From: a virus
Lineage: Duplodnaviria > Heunggongvirae > Uroviricota > Caudoviricetes
Strand: one strand, 5' to 3'
IMG/VR virus record: IMGVR_UViG_3300020578_005505
Length of the DNA: 20,396 nucleotides
Of this stretch, positions 1-6,702 are shown in pieces. The translations under genes were made by a program, and so were the position numbers. The notes beneath the pieces are model-generated. The model did no database searches. It saw nothing but the letters and a program-made list of their open reading frames with translations, and had not been told where the DNA came from. Each line of letters opens with the position of its first letter. Within the stretch, counting starts at the first letter, position 1.

Positions 1-230
1 GTGTCTAGACCATATTCTCTTCCAAAAATGCCTGAACCCATAACTCCTACCTCATCACTCATCCCCATCACATCATCAAAGACATGACTGAAAGATTGCT
101 CTGAAAAGGCATCACCCTCAGAAGCAAATTGAGACAGTTCAATCTCTTGTTGTTCAACTATGTTTGTGTTTTCTTTTTTACAAGAAAAAAGTATTAAGGT
201 AAAACCTAGTAATAATAATAATTTTTTCAT
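1..230 (-). CDS. Bacteroidota-type lipoprotein, partial (runs off the window start); missed by ORF track
   Basis: Manual translation: MKKLLLLLGFTLILFS-C-KKENTNIVEQQEIELSQFASEGDAFSEQSFSHVFDDVMGMSDEVGVMGSGIFGREYGLD. SPII signal with lipobox LFSC (Cys17) followed by KKE. The VFDDVMG..EVG..G.GIFGR segment resembles Chitinophagaceae lipoproteins, from recall only. Confidence 0.8.
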   Translation of the reverse strand, partial: MKKLLLLLGFTLILFSCKKENTNIVEQQEIELSQFASEGDAFSEQSFSHVFDDVMGMSDEVGVMGSGIFGREYGLD

Positions 231-234
231 AATT

Positions 235-471
235 TTAATTTTTATTTATTATAAATCTAAAAGAACGAAGTGGGTAGTGATTCAGTTCTCGTTCAATACA
301 TTTACGATTATTTGTAATATAATTACGATTTACCATCTCAATTGAATCCCAAAATTGGTTTACAAAAGTTGGTGAAGATAGTATCTGAGATACATAATTC
401 CCAATTTGAATTTTTTGTAAATCTAATTTGGGAGTTTTACAAACAAGTGTAATGCTTTTAGATTTAATCAC
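235..471 (-). CDS. hypothetical protein
   Basis: 78-aa ORF with a GTG start after an A-rich leader; co-oriented and fills the gap; no motif recognised. Confidence 0.5.
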   Translation of the reverse strand: MIKSKSITLVCKTPKLDLQKIQIGNYVSQILSSPTFVNQFWDSIEMVNRNYITNNRKCIERELNHYPLRSFRFIINKN

Positions 472-529
472 AATTTATTTTTTACACCAACCAAAACATA
501 CTTTTCCAAAAGTAAGTTTGCTAATTAGA

Positions 530-943
530 TTACAGATGTGTTTCATAGTTTAATTTTTGAAGTCCTTGTTTTTCACGATAATCATTAATTGCTGCTTTAA
601 TTGCATCTTCAGCCAATACAGAACAGTGAATTTTTACAGGTGGTAAATTTAATTCTTCAACTATATCCATATTATCAATAGTCATTGCTTTATCTATTGA
701 TTTACCTTTTAACCATTCAGTTGCTACAGATGATGAAGCAATGGCAGAGCCACATCCGAATGTTTTAAATTTAGCATCTTTAATAATGCCTGTAGCTTCA
801 TCTACCTCTATTTGTAGACGCATTACATCACCACACTCAGGAGCTCCTACTAATCCTGTACCAACATTTGGACTAGATTTATCTAGAGTACCTACGTTAC
901 GAGGATTGGTGTAATGATCAAGTACTAAGTCTGAATATGCCAT
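530..943 (-). CDS. iscU: Fe-S cluster assembly scaffold protein IscU
   Basis: Motifs YS..V.DHY.NPRNVG, GAPECGD (Cys and Asp), FKTFGCGSAIASSS (Cys) and LPPVKIHC (HscA-binding LPPVK, His-Cys) are all intact. Confidence 0.97.
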   Translation of the reverse strand: MAYSDLVLDHYTNPRNVGTLDKSSPNVGTGLVGAPECGDVMRLQIEVDEATGIIKDAKFKTFGCGSAIASSSVATEWLKGKSIDKAMTIDNMDIVEELNLPPVKIHCSVLAEDAIKAAINDYREKQGLQKLNYETHL

Positions 944-957
944 TATATAAATAAATA

Positions 958-1119
958 TTAAAGTTCTTCCATTATTCCGAGAAATTCAGCCAATATAAAC
1001 AATAATCCTGCTATTAATAAGTTATTACCTATGAGAGATAGACTCGCTAATATTCTAATAATAGATTTGAAAAAACTAATCCAAAAATGCCAGTTCGTTT
1101 TGCTTTCTTTTTGCTGCAT
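958..1119 (-). CDS. small membrane protein of a widespread phage family; missed by ORF track
   Basis: Manual translation (53 aa): MQQKESKTNWHFWISFFKSIIRILASLSLIGNNLLIAGLLFILAEFLGIMEEL. HF..S..KS..RI and AE.LGI.EEL pattern; hydrophobic. Confidence 0.8.
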   Translation of the reverse strand: MQQKESKTNWHFWISFFKSIIRILASLSLIGNNLLIAGLLFILAEFLGIMEEL

Positions 1120-1120
1120 A

Positions 1121-1336
1121 TTATTTTTTATATGTTTCGCTATAGTATTGTTCTCCGCTGCTTACCCAAGTTTCTCCCTCCCTATACCCGTCGAAATCAA
1201 AAGCTTCAACTATTTGATCCCTTTCCATTTGTTTAGCCCGTTCAAATACTTCTTCTTTATTCCATATAAACATATCTTGCCATTCCTTTGATTTTACTTG
1301 TTCTATTAACCATTCCACTGCTGTTTGTTGTGCCAT
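1121..1336 (-). CDS. phage hypothetical protein (TAVEWL family)
   Basis: QTAVEWL...AKQMERDQI...EQYYSETY pattern, typical of small Bacteroidota-phage proteins. Confidence 0.8.
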   Translation of the reverse strand: MAQQTAVEWLIEQVKSKEWQDMFIWNKEEVFERAKQMERDQIVEAFDFDGYREGETWVSSGEQYYSETYKK

Positions 1337-1337
1337 G

Positions 1338-1613
1338 TTATTTGTTTTTAAGTATTTGTTCTTTCATCCATTTAGCACCACCAATAAAACTTGGTAACTC
1401 TTTGATATCATAATCATCTCCTGCCCTTATAAAACCATTTTCATCATGTTCCACTTGACACCAATTATAAGCCTTTTTATCTATCTCCTCATCACTTGGT
1501 AGTTCTATTGCTGGTGTTGTTAATGTGAGAAATTCAGCAGTCAATCCAGTGGCTCTGCTTTTTTCAATCATTAACTTTACTTGTTCTTCTGTGTATAGTT
1601 TTTGTTGTGCCAT
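1338..1613 (-). CDS. phage hypothetical protein
   Basis: 91 aa; LYTEEQV...ELPSDEEI...FIGGAKWMKEQIL pattern; shares the MAQQ start with the adjacent gene. Confidence 0.75.
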   Translation of the reverse strand: MAQQKLYTEEQVKLMIEKSRATGLTAEFLTLTTPAIELPSDEEIDKKAYNWCQVEHDENGFIRAGDDYDIKELPSFIGGAKWMKEQILKNK

Positions 1614-1681
1614 ATTATATTTATATTTTTAATGTTTTATGGTTAGCTGTAAGCCATTTAATTAATTTCATGTTATTTAGT

Positions 1682-1840
1682 TTAAAAATCTCCTTCTGAA
1701 TGTATTTTATTATCATCCCAATTTAAAAAATCTTCCCCTTTATAGTCAGGATAATTTTTTTTCATATTATCAATTCCATTAGCCCAAATTATGGCTATAG
1801 GTATAACTACTATAAGCGTAACAATTATTACTACTATCAT
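1682..1840 (-). CDS. small single-pass membrane protein; missed by ORF track
   Basis: Manual translation (52 aa): MIVVIIVTLIVVIPIAIIWANGIDNMKKNYPDYKGEDFLNWDDNKIHSEGDF. N-terminal TM segment followed by GID.M...PDYKGED. Confidence 0.8.
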   Translation of the reverse strand: MIVVIIVTLIVVIPIAIIWANGIDNMKKNYPDYKGEDFLNWDDNKIHSEGDF

Positions 1841-1843
1841 ATT

Positions 1844-2458
1844 TTATTGCTCTGGTACTAATCTGTTTAGTTCTTCTTCTAACGAACCTATAGTGTAGCC
1901 GCTATTAAACCTAGTATTTGGATCTAGATTCTTAATCTGCTTTGCTAAGTCCTTTCTTCGCCCTTCATTGTAAAATTTGTTTTCTATTGCATCAGCTAGG
2001 TTATGTATCTGCTCTGTACCTACTACCGATATTCTTAGATCATACCAATACCACTTTGTCTTATAGTCCCATATCATATACAAACCTGTTATCTTTCTCT
2101 TTAGTTTGCTCAAGGATCTATTCCTTACTCTCACTATAGAGTTATCGTCACCAAACAGATGTAGAAAGCGTAATACGAATCTAGGACACCACCAAGGTCT
2201 AGCTTTATAGTCCATAAAGATCACAAGAGGCTCTATTGCTTTAAATATGTCTCCGTCTTCATTCCAAGGTACTGAACCTAGGTATCTGTACTTTTCATGG
2301 AAGGATTTAGGAAAGAATACAGCTCTAATGTCTTCCCATTTAATATCCCTGGTATGAATCATTCCTTTCCTCCTACCTTTCCAAAAGATAAGACTCTTTA
2401 AAAAATCGATTGCTCTTTCTTTAAAAAGCTTTGGAGTATAGAACTTATTCTTTTTCAC
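1844..2458 (-). CDS. conserved phage hypothetical protein
   Basis: 204 aa, GTG start, aromatic-rich (PWWCPRFVLRFLHLFG, YKTKWYWYDLRIS); function unknown. Confidence 0.75.
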   Translation of the reverse strand: MKKNKFYTPKLFKERAIDFLKSLIFWKGRRKGMIHTRDIKWEDIRAVFFPKSFHEKYRYLGSVPWNEDGDIFKAIEPLVIFMDYKARPWWCPRFVLRFLHLFGDDNSIVRVRNRSLSKLKRKITGLYMIWDYKTKWYWYDLRISVVGTEQIHNLADAIENKFYNEGRRKDLAKQIKNLDPNTRFNSGYTIGSLEEELNRLVPEQ

Positions 2459-2600
2459 TCTTTATGCTAATTGATAGGCTCCATTTTAACCAACTGATAT
2501 TTAGATCTACGTAGATTAGCCCGCCTTCAAAGTACTTATCAAAGGAGATGTCTAATGTTGGTAGTAGATAGATAGTATTAAAGAGGTTTACTAATCTCAT
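2445..2600 (-). CDS. small hypothetical protein; missed by ORF track
   Basis: Manual translation (51 aa): MRLVNLFNTIYLLPTLDISFDKYFEGGLIYVDLNISWLKWSLSISIKSEKE. Overlaps both neighbours and fills the gap. Confidence 0.7.
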   Translation of the reverse strand: MRLVNLFNTIYLLPTLDISFDKYFEGGLIYVDLNISWLKWSLSISIKSEKE

Positions 2601-2928
2601 TCTCACTTTTTAAATTGTCAGGAATTTGAGGTCTTTCATTTATTGACCACCATTCAAGTCCGTCATACTCTCTTCTTTCAGCCCAAGCTCTATCCTTATA
2701 CCAAATTATACCAAATAACTCTTGAGTACCATGACCGGAGTCATAATCAAAGTCTAGACCCGCTAGGAACTTATCATACTCTTCCTGAGTAAAGTCTTGC
2801 TTGAGAATATGAGTAGATTTCGCAGCAGCAGCTCCTGTCCATTCGTTCTTTTCAGCATACCGAAGTAGGGTTGCACACTCTACCTCTCTGTTTCTCGTTA
2901 TGTAAACGAACTCATTTTTTGCATTCAT
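2578..2928 (-). CDS. conserved phage hypothetical protein
   Basis: Motif YDSGHGTQELFGIIWY...EYDGLEWW...P.IP recurs in phage proteins, from recall; function unknown. Confidence 0.8.
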   Translation of the reverse strand: MNAKNEFVYITRNREVECATLLRYAEKNEWTGAAAAKSTHILKQDFTQEEYDKFLAGLDFDYDSGHGTQELFGIIWYKDRAWAERREYDGLEWWSINERPQIPDNLKSENEISKPL

Positions 2929-2946
2929 AACTTTTATTTTAATTTT

Positions 2947-3135
2947 TTATTTTTCTCGTTCTCTCATCTGATCGTAATAGCTCTTATAATACTCTGTATT
3001 ACCGTTGATGTAATTACCTTTCCCGTACTTCTCTTTTAGACGCTTTGCATGTTCACCCTGTTTACGTCCATTAATAACAAACCAGGATAGGTTTAAATCA
3101 AACCAGCGGCTTAGTTTTTGAAGTAGCTTTTTCAT
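2947..3135 (-). CDS. hypothetical protein
   Basis: 62-aa co-oriented ORF with an A-rich initiation region; WF..NGRKQ motif. Confidence 0.7.
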   Translation of the reverse strand: MKKLLQKLSRWFDLNLSWFVINGRKQGEHAKRLKEKYGKGNYINGNTEYYKSYYDQMREREK

Positions 3136-3136
3136 A

Positions 3137-3379
3137 TCATTTTAATATTTCATCAATACCGATGTTATGATCATTTAATATCTCATAAAACTTCTCTCTT
3201 GCTTTCTCTAAAGCATCATAGGCTTCTTGAGGCATTGAATCAGGAGCATACTTAGTCTGTGATCTGAGATATTGTTCGATATCCCAAAGTGCTATAGCCA
3301 TGTCTAATGCTTTGACTGCTCGCTTGTGAGCGGATATATCATTAGTTTCATTTAAATCAAACTCAAGGATAGCTTTCAT
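3137..3379 (-). CDS. conserved phage hypothetical protein
   Basis: MKAILEFDL...A.KALDMA.ALWDI pattern; lies directly downstream of a promoter-like motif. Confidence 0.8.
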   Translation of the reverse strand: MKAILEFDLNETNDISAHKRAVKALDMAIALWDIEQYLRSQTKYAPDSMPQEAYDALEKAREKFYEILNDHNIGIDEILK

Positions 3380-3384
3380 GACTC

Positions 3385-3418
3385 TAAAGATAAAGAGTTA
3401 AACTAAAATAAGCAACTT
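3385..3418 (-). promoter_or_regulatory. Bacteroidota sigma-A-like promoter
   Basis: AAGTTG-N20-TATCTTTA just upstream of the ATG at 3379; same spacing as the copies at 6668-6701 and 10169-10202; resembles the Bacteroidota -33 TTTG / -7 TAnnTTTG consensus. Confidence 0.65.
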
Positions 3419-3420
3419 AA

Positions 3421-3453
3421 AACGAAAAAGATCCGGCTATATCTAACCGGATC
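3421..3453 (-). terminator. Rho-independent terminator
   Basis: Minus strand GATCCGGTTA-GATA-TAGCCGGATC (10-bp stem with one G-U pair) followed by TTTTTCGTT, downstream of the 3480-3650 ORF. Confidence 0.85.
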
Positions 3454-3479
3454 ACAAAAGTCAAAATTGCGAATGAAAA

Positions 3480-3650
3480 TTACTTTAATTTACCCATTGC
3501 CTGATAGTGATAGGTATCGGAACCTTGAGCCGATACCATCAATCCGCCTATAGGTTGCCATCCGCGAGAGATAAGAGCGTTTACTTCGTCTGTAAGAGTT
3601 TTAAGGTCGCTAAATACGACCACTGCATAGTTCGAAAACTGGTTTGCCAT
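3480..3650 (-). CDS. DUF1737-like small protein; missed by ORF track
   Basis: Manual translation (56 aa): MANQFSNYAVVVFSDLKTLTDEVNALISRGWQPIGGLMVSAQGSDTYHYQAMGKLK. V...L..GW.P.GG...YQAM is the DUF1737 signature. Confidence 0.8.
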   Translation of the reverse strand: MANQFSNYAVVVFSDLKTLTDEVNALISRGWQPIGGLMVSAQGSDTYHYQAMGKLK

Positions 3651-3659
3651 AATTTGTAT

Positions 3660-4031
3660 TTATTTTTTTGTTAACATTACGTAATAAATCTTATGAGTTG
3701 CGTTGGGAGTCTTGTTAGCTACTGGAAATTTAGTTTGGAGTGATTTAAAGAAAGCGTATGATTGCTTTTGATTCCAATCTCGGCATTCAGTAATACCGTT
3801 ATAATTAACTTCGCTTTTAAAGGTTTTAGGGTAGTTTTGCTTAAACCATTTCTCAGCCTCTTTAGCTTCTTTTTGAGTAACCCATTTAGACCACAAGACT
3901 CTAACCGAATAGTCCTGAGTAAGAGGAGTTGCTCTCCAATTATTCTGTATGTGCTGATCAATCTGAAATCTTTCTAGAACGTCTGAAAAATGTGTAGTTC
4001 CAAACTTGTATAATCTTTCAGGGATATTCAT
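3660..4031 (-). CDS. T5orf172/GIY-YIG-like protein, possibly circularly permuted
   Basis: LYKFGTT..DVLERF, EAKEAEKWF and NGITE match GIY-YIG/T5orf172 elements; a KIYYVML strand sits at the C-terminus. Confidence 0.55.
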   Translation of the reverse strand: MNIPERLYKFGTTHFSDVLERFQIDQHIQNNWRATPLTQDYSVRVLWSKWVTQKEAKEAEKWFKQNYPKTFKSEVNYNGITECRDWNQKQSYAFFKSLQTKFPVANKTPNATHKIYYVMLTKK

Positions 4032-4035
4032 AATA

Positions 4036-4066
4036 GTAATATATTGATTTTTAGTTAAATTTCAAA
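4036..4066 (-). promoter_or_regulatory. possible Bacteroidota-type promoter
   Basis: TTTG-N19-TATATTAC immediately upstream of the ATG at 4031. Confidence 0.4.
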
Positions 4067-4094
4067 CATTTTTGTAAATTATATTTTACCAAAA

Positions 4095-4286
4095 TTAAAT
4101 AAATTGTTTTGAGCAAATTTTCCAAATTTTCCGTACAGGAAGGCCTAAAATATCACCCCACATTCCTTTTACGAATTCATAACTTTCCTCTTTCCTTATT
4201 TCAAATATTAATTCCTCCTCAACTGAGTATTTTTCTTCATCTGAAATAGTGTAAGCTTCTTCATTTATTAAAACACTTTTAATCAT
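4095..4286 (-). CDS. hypothetical protein
   Basis: 63 aa; ATGA overlap with the stop of the upstream gene. Confidence 0.55.
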   Translation of the reverse strand: MIKSVLINEEAYTISDEEKYSVEEELIFEIRKEESYEFVKGMWGDILGLPVRKIWKICSKQFI

Positions 4287-4864
4287 TTTTTTGTTTTTTT
4301 AACACAATTAGGATATGTTTTTCCAAAAATTTTTTTAAATCCTTTTTGGGTATATCCTTTCCAACATCTTTCTTTTAACAAATCTTCATTTTGTTGTATT
4401 TCAGAAGTTTCTTTATTTAAACGTTTAGTCTTTTCTTTTGATGCTTCTCTACGTTTTTCAATATAATCTAAAGCACGTTTTAGTCTAGCTTTGATCATAG
4501 TATCTTTAGCATTACCGTAAGCAGCTCTAACTCTTTGATGAATAAGATTAATAATTTGTGATTTTCTTTTATGTGATTTGGATTTGAAAGCCTCTTTATT
4601 AAGAGTGTCCACGATATCTTCTTTAGTTCTAAATTTTACAGATACAGTGTCGTTTTGATTTTCATCAGTATACAATCTTCGACTTGAACCTTCAGGTTTT
4701 TTACCTGTTCCTTTTTTAGGATCATTACCTTCTAAATATCCTTTTTTTAAAGCTAATTCTTGGTCATTAGTCCAAGTATCGGATGTTTTATATCTAACCT
4801 TTGATACCATATTTGATTTATATGGCGGATACATTTCTTTTAATAAATCTATTAATTTTATCAT
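4283..4864 (-). CDS. modular basic phage protein, putative protease-processed internal head protein
   Basis: N-terminus MIKLIDLLKE; central DPKKGTGKKP.GS.RRLYTDEN..DTV.VKF module; C-terminal CWKGY...KTYPNCVK module. Both modules are recalled from T4-like and large phages. Confidence 0.7.
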   Translation of the reverse strand: MIKLIDLLKEMYPPYKSNMVSKVRYKTSDTWTNDQELALKKGYLEGNDPKKGTGKKPEGSSRRLYTDENQNDTVSVKFRTKEDIVDTLNKEAFKSKSHKRKSQIINLIHQRVRAAYGNAKDTMIKARLKRALDYIEKRREASKEKTKRLNKETSEIQQNEDLLKERCWKGYTQKGFKKIFGKTYPNCVKKTKK

Positions 4865-4913
4865 AATATAGTATCTTACTATCTCTAGGTAAATAGCATA
4901 GCAAAGGGTTGTT

Positions 4914-5624
4914 TTATTTATCGATAAAATATATTAGTACTCCAGTTAGAAGTAGAGCTCCTATCTTCTGAAATTTATTCTGAAGTTTTAATTTCTTATT
5001 TTGCCGTTGCAGAGATTTATACTGCCTCGACAAATCATCTATAGCAAGGTCTTTATTTGAAATGATCGTTGTCAAATTTGATTCTTTAGTTTTAAAAAGA
5101 CTGATAGTGTTATCCTTTAAATTAATTCTACTCCCTTGTAATTCTATAATGCTATCTTTAATTACTATTTCTTTCACTGCTCCGTCATACTTTAATAAAT
5201 CTTCAGCAGCTCCTATTAGAACAGGTTTATTAAGAGGTATAAAAGTGTCAACTAGATTAGCCTCAGCCGGATATCTTTCATTGAAAAACTTTACTATTCC
5301 TAAGCTATCAGCTGCTTTTACTACTTCAACTTCTTTAATTACTACGTCGTGAATCACTTTTATCTTTCTCTTTTCATCTTCCAACAAGTCAGCGAGTTTT
5401 ATATCCTCCGCTTTTAGCTTGGTAATTAATGAATCAGCTTTTTTATTTTGTAAAACAAGCAAATTGTTTGCTCGGTTCAGGCTATCTAATTTTTCTACAA
5501 ACCCTGCTGAAGAATTATTACATTTACTGAGGAGTATCCAGAGCAAAATAACTATACCTCCAATAATACCTATCCGAATAGCTAAACTCGGATACCAGTA
5601 TTTTTTTATCAGTGTATTTCTCAT
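4914..5624 (-). CDS. membrane-anchored coiled-coil protein (spanin-like architecture, unproven)
   Basis: N-terminal TM (IGIIGGIVILLWILL), long heptad-rich region, second hydrophobic segment at the C-terminus (IGALLLTGVLIYFI). Confidence 0.65.
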   Translation of the reverse strand: MRNTLIKKYWYPSLAIRIGIIGGIVILLWILLSKCNNSSAGFVEKLDSLNRANNLLVLQNKKADSLITKLKAEDIKLADLLEDEKRKIKVIHDVVIKEVEVVKAADSLGIVKFFNERYPAEANLVDTFIPLNKPVLIGAAEDLLKYDGAVKEIVIKDSIIELQGSRINLKDNTISLFKTKESNLTTIISNKDLAIDDLSRQYKSLQRQNKKLKLQNKFQKIGALLLTGVLIYFIDK

Positions 5625-5697
5625 TGACTCTTTATTATAGTTTAAAACTTTCTAATAGATGCTTGTTTTGACTTTACTTTACCTGCATTTAATAATT

Positions 5698-5720
5698 AAA
5701 TTTTTGCGATTTTTTTCATT
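5698..5720 (+). repeat. 23-bp inverted repeat, left arm
   Basis: AAATTTTTGCGATTTTTTTCATT is the exact reverse complement of 6221-6243. Confidence 0.9.
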
Positions 5721-5745
5721 TTTTTATTAGTTAAAACATTTTTTG

Positions 5746-6189
5746 TTATAAATGATACATAACAGCTAAACCTGCTTGGCTTGCATGTTTTCCATCTTTT
5801 ACTAATCGAAGTACTGATTGCTCAATACACCATTTTTTGTTTACTTCATATTTAATAAATGGCACGTAAGTAAACTGACCTTTCCCTCTGTTAAAAAAAG
5901 TCATACCGCTGTTAACTCCGACTTTAAAAACTTTTCCAAGTTTTTTTTCGGCGCCAACAAGTATAGGTACCTGTACATTTCCTGCTTTATTTTGCATATA
6001 ACCAAAAGAAACCTTTACATTTTTTTTTGTCAAGTCTACTCTCTGACCCCACGATTTAGAATCCCAAGAAATATTTTTAGTAATGGGAGCATATAAAGTT
6101 GCTCCAACTACTTTATCCCAACCCTTAAATTGAGCAAAGGAAGAAAGTGAGTAGCTAATTACTAAAAACAATAAAAATAGATTTTTCAT
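5746..6189 (-). CDS. secreted protein, putative small outer-membrane beta-barrel
   Basis: Likely start MKNLFLLFLVISYSLSSFAQ (Sec signal ending in AQ, typical of Bacteroidota); alternating beta-strand pattern; C-terminal AGLAVMYHL resembles a beta-signal. Confidence 0.6.
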   Translation of the reverse strand: MKNLFLLFLVISYSLSSFAQFKGWDKVVGATLYAPITKNISWDSKSWGQRVDLTKKNVKVSFGYMQNKAGNVQVPILVGAEKKLGKVFKVGVNSGMTFFNRGKGQFTYVPFIKYEVNKKWCIEQSVLRLVKDGKHASQAGLAVMYHL

Positions 6190-6220
6190 AATTTTCGTTT
6201 TAGTTAATAATTTATAACTG

Positions 6221-6243
6221 AATGAAAAAAATCGCAAAAATTT
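6221..6243 (-). repeat. 23-bp inverted repeat, right arm
   Basis: AATGAAAAAAATCGCAAAAATTT is the exact reverse complement of 5698-5720. Confidence 0.9.
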
Positions 6244-6338
6244 TTATTTAATTTGAGTTATTTGTTTTATTACAATAAGAGCAATTCCGCTAATTTATGA
6301 ATTATTAAGTTATCTTCATCTAAAATAAATAGACGAAA

Positions 6339-6653
6339 TTACTCTTCGAAGTAATCTCCCGCAATCTTACTAACTTGAGGAATAGCAGGATTAACTGCAT
6401 ATTTAACTATACCATTAACTACTCTTCGTATATATCCACAATGTGCTGTCTTTTCAGTAATGTAAGGAAAAATTTCTTCTGAAGCTTCAGAATATTTTTC
6501 AATATAATTTTTATAATCTAAAATCGCTTCAATTTTTCCGTTTAAAAAAGCTTGTCCGATTTTCGGATTTAAAAAAACGTGAGTGTCATACCAGGTATCA
6601 TTAACTAAAACATATATCCTGCTCTCGTTTAAATGTAAAGTTTCGTGTTTCAT
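6339..6653 (-). CDS. hypothetical protein
   Basis: 104-aa co-oriented ORF directly downstream of a promoter-like motif. Confidence 0.7.
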   Translation of the reverse strand: MKHETLHLNESRIYVLVNDTWYDTHVFLNPKIGQAFLNGKIEAILDYKNYIEKYSEASEEIFPYITEKTAHCGYIRRVVNGIVKYAVNPAIPQVSKIAGDYFEE

Positions 6654-6667
6654 TTATTTATTTTTTA

Positions 6668-6701
6668 AAAATATAGAAAATAAACTTTATGAAAGCAACT
6701 T
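6668..6701 (-). promoter_or_regulatory. Bacteroidota sigma-A-like promoter
   Basis: AAGTTG-N20-TATATTTT upstream of the ATG at 6653. Confidence 0.65.
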
Positions 6702-6702
6702 T

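Noticed and set aside
2505-2516. 12-bp palindrome ATCTACGTAGAT
   Set aside because: Single copy inside a small CDS; compatible with chance in AT-rich DNA.
3719-3961. Alternative-frame minus ORF (80 aa); likewise 14903-15088
   Set aside because: Each is fully nested in a longer gene with recognisable motifs and has no independent start context.
6190-6237. Longer ORF-track starts (also 10786-10827, 10562-10606, 11645-11653)
   Set aside because: Downstream ATGs give an intact signal peptide or sit right after the recurring upstream motif or A-rich leader; the extensions overlap regulatory sequence or neighbouring genes.
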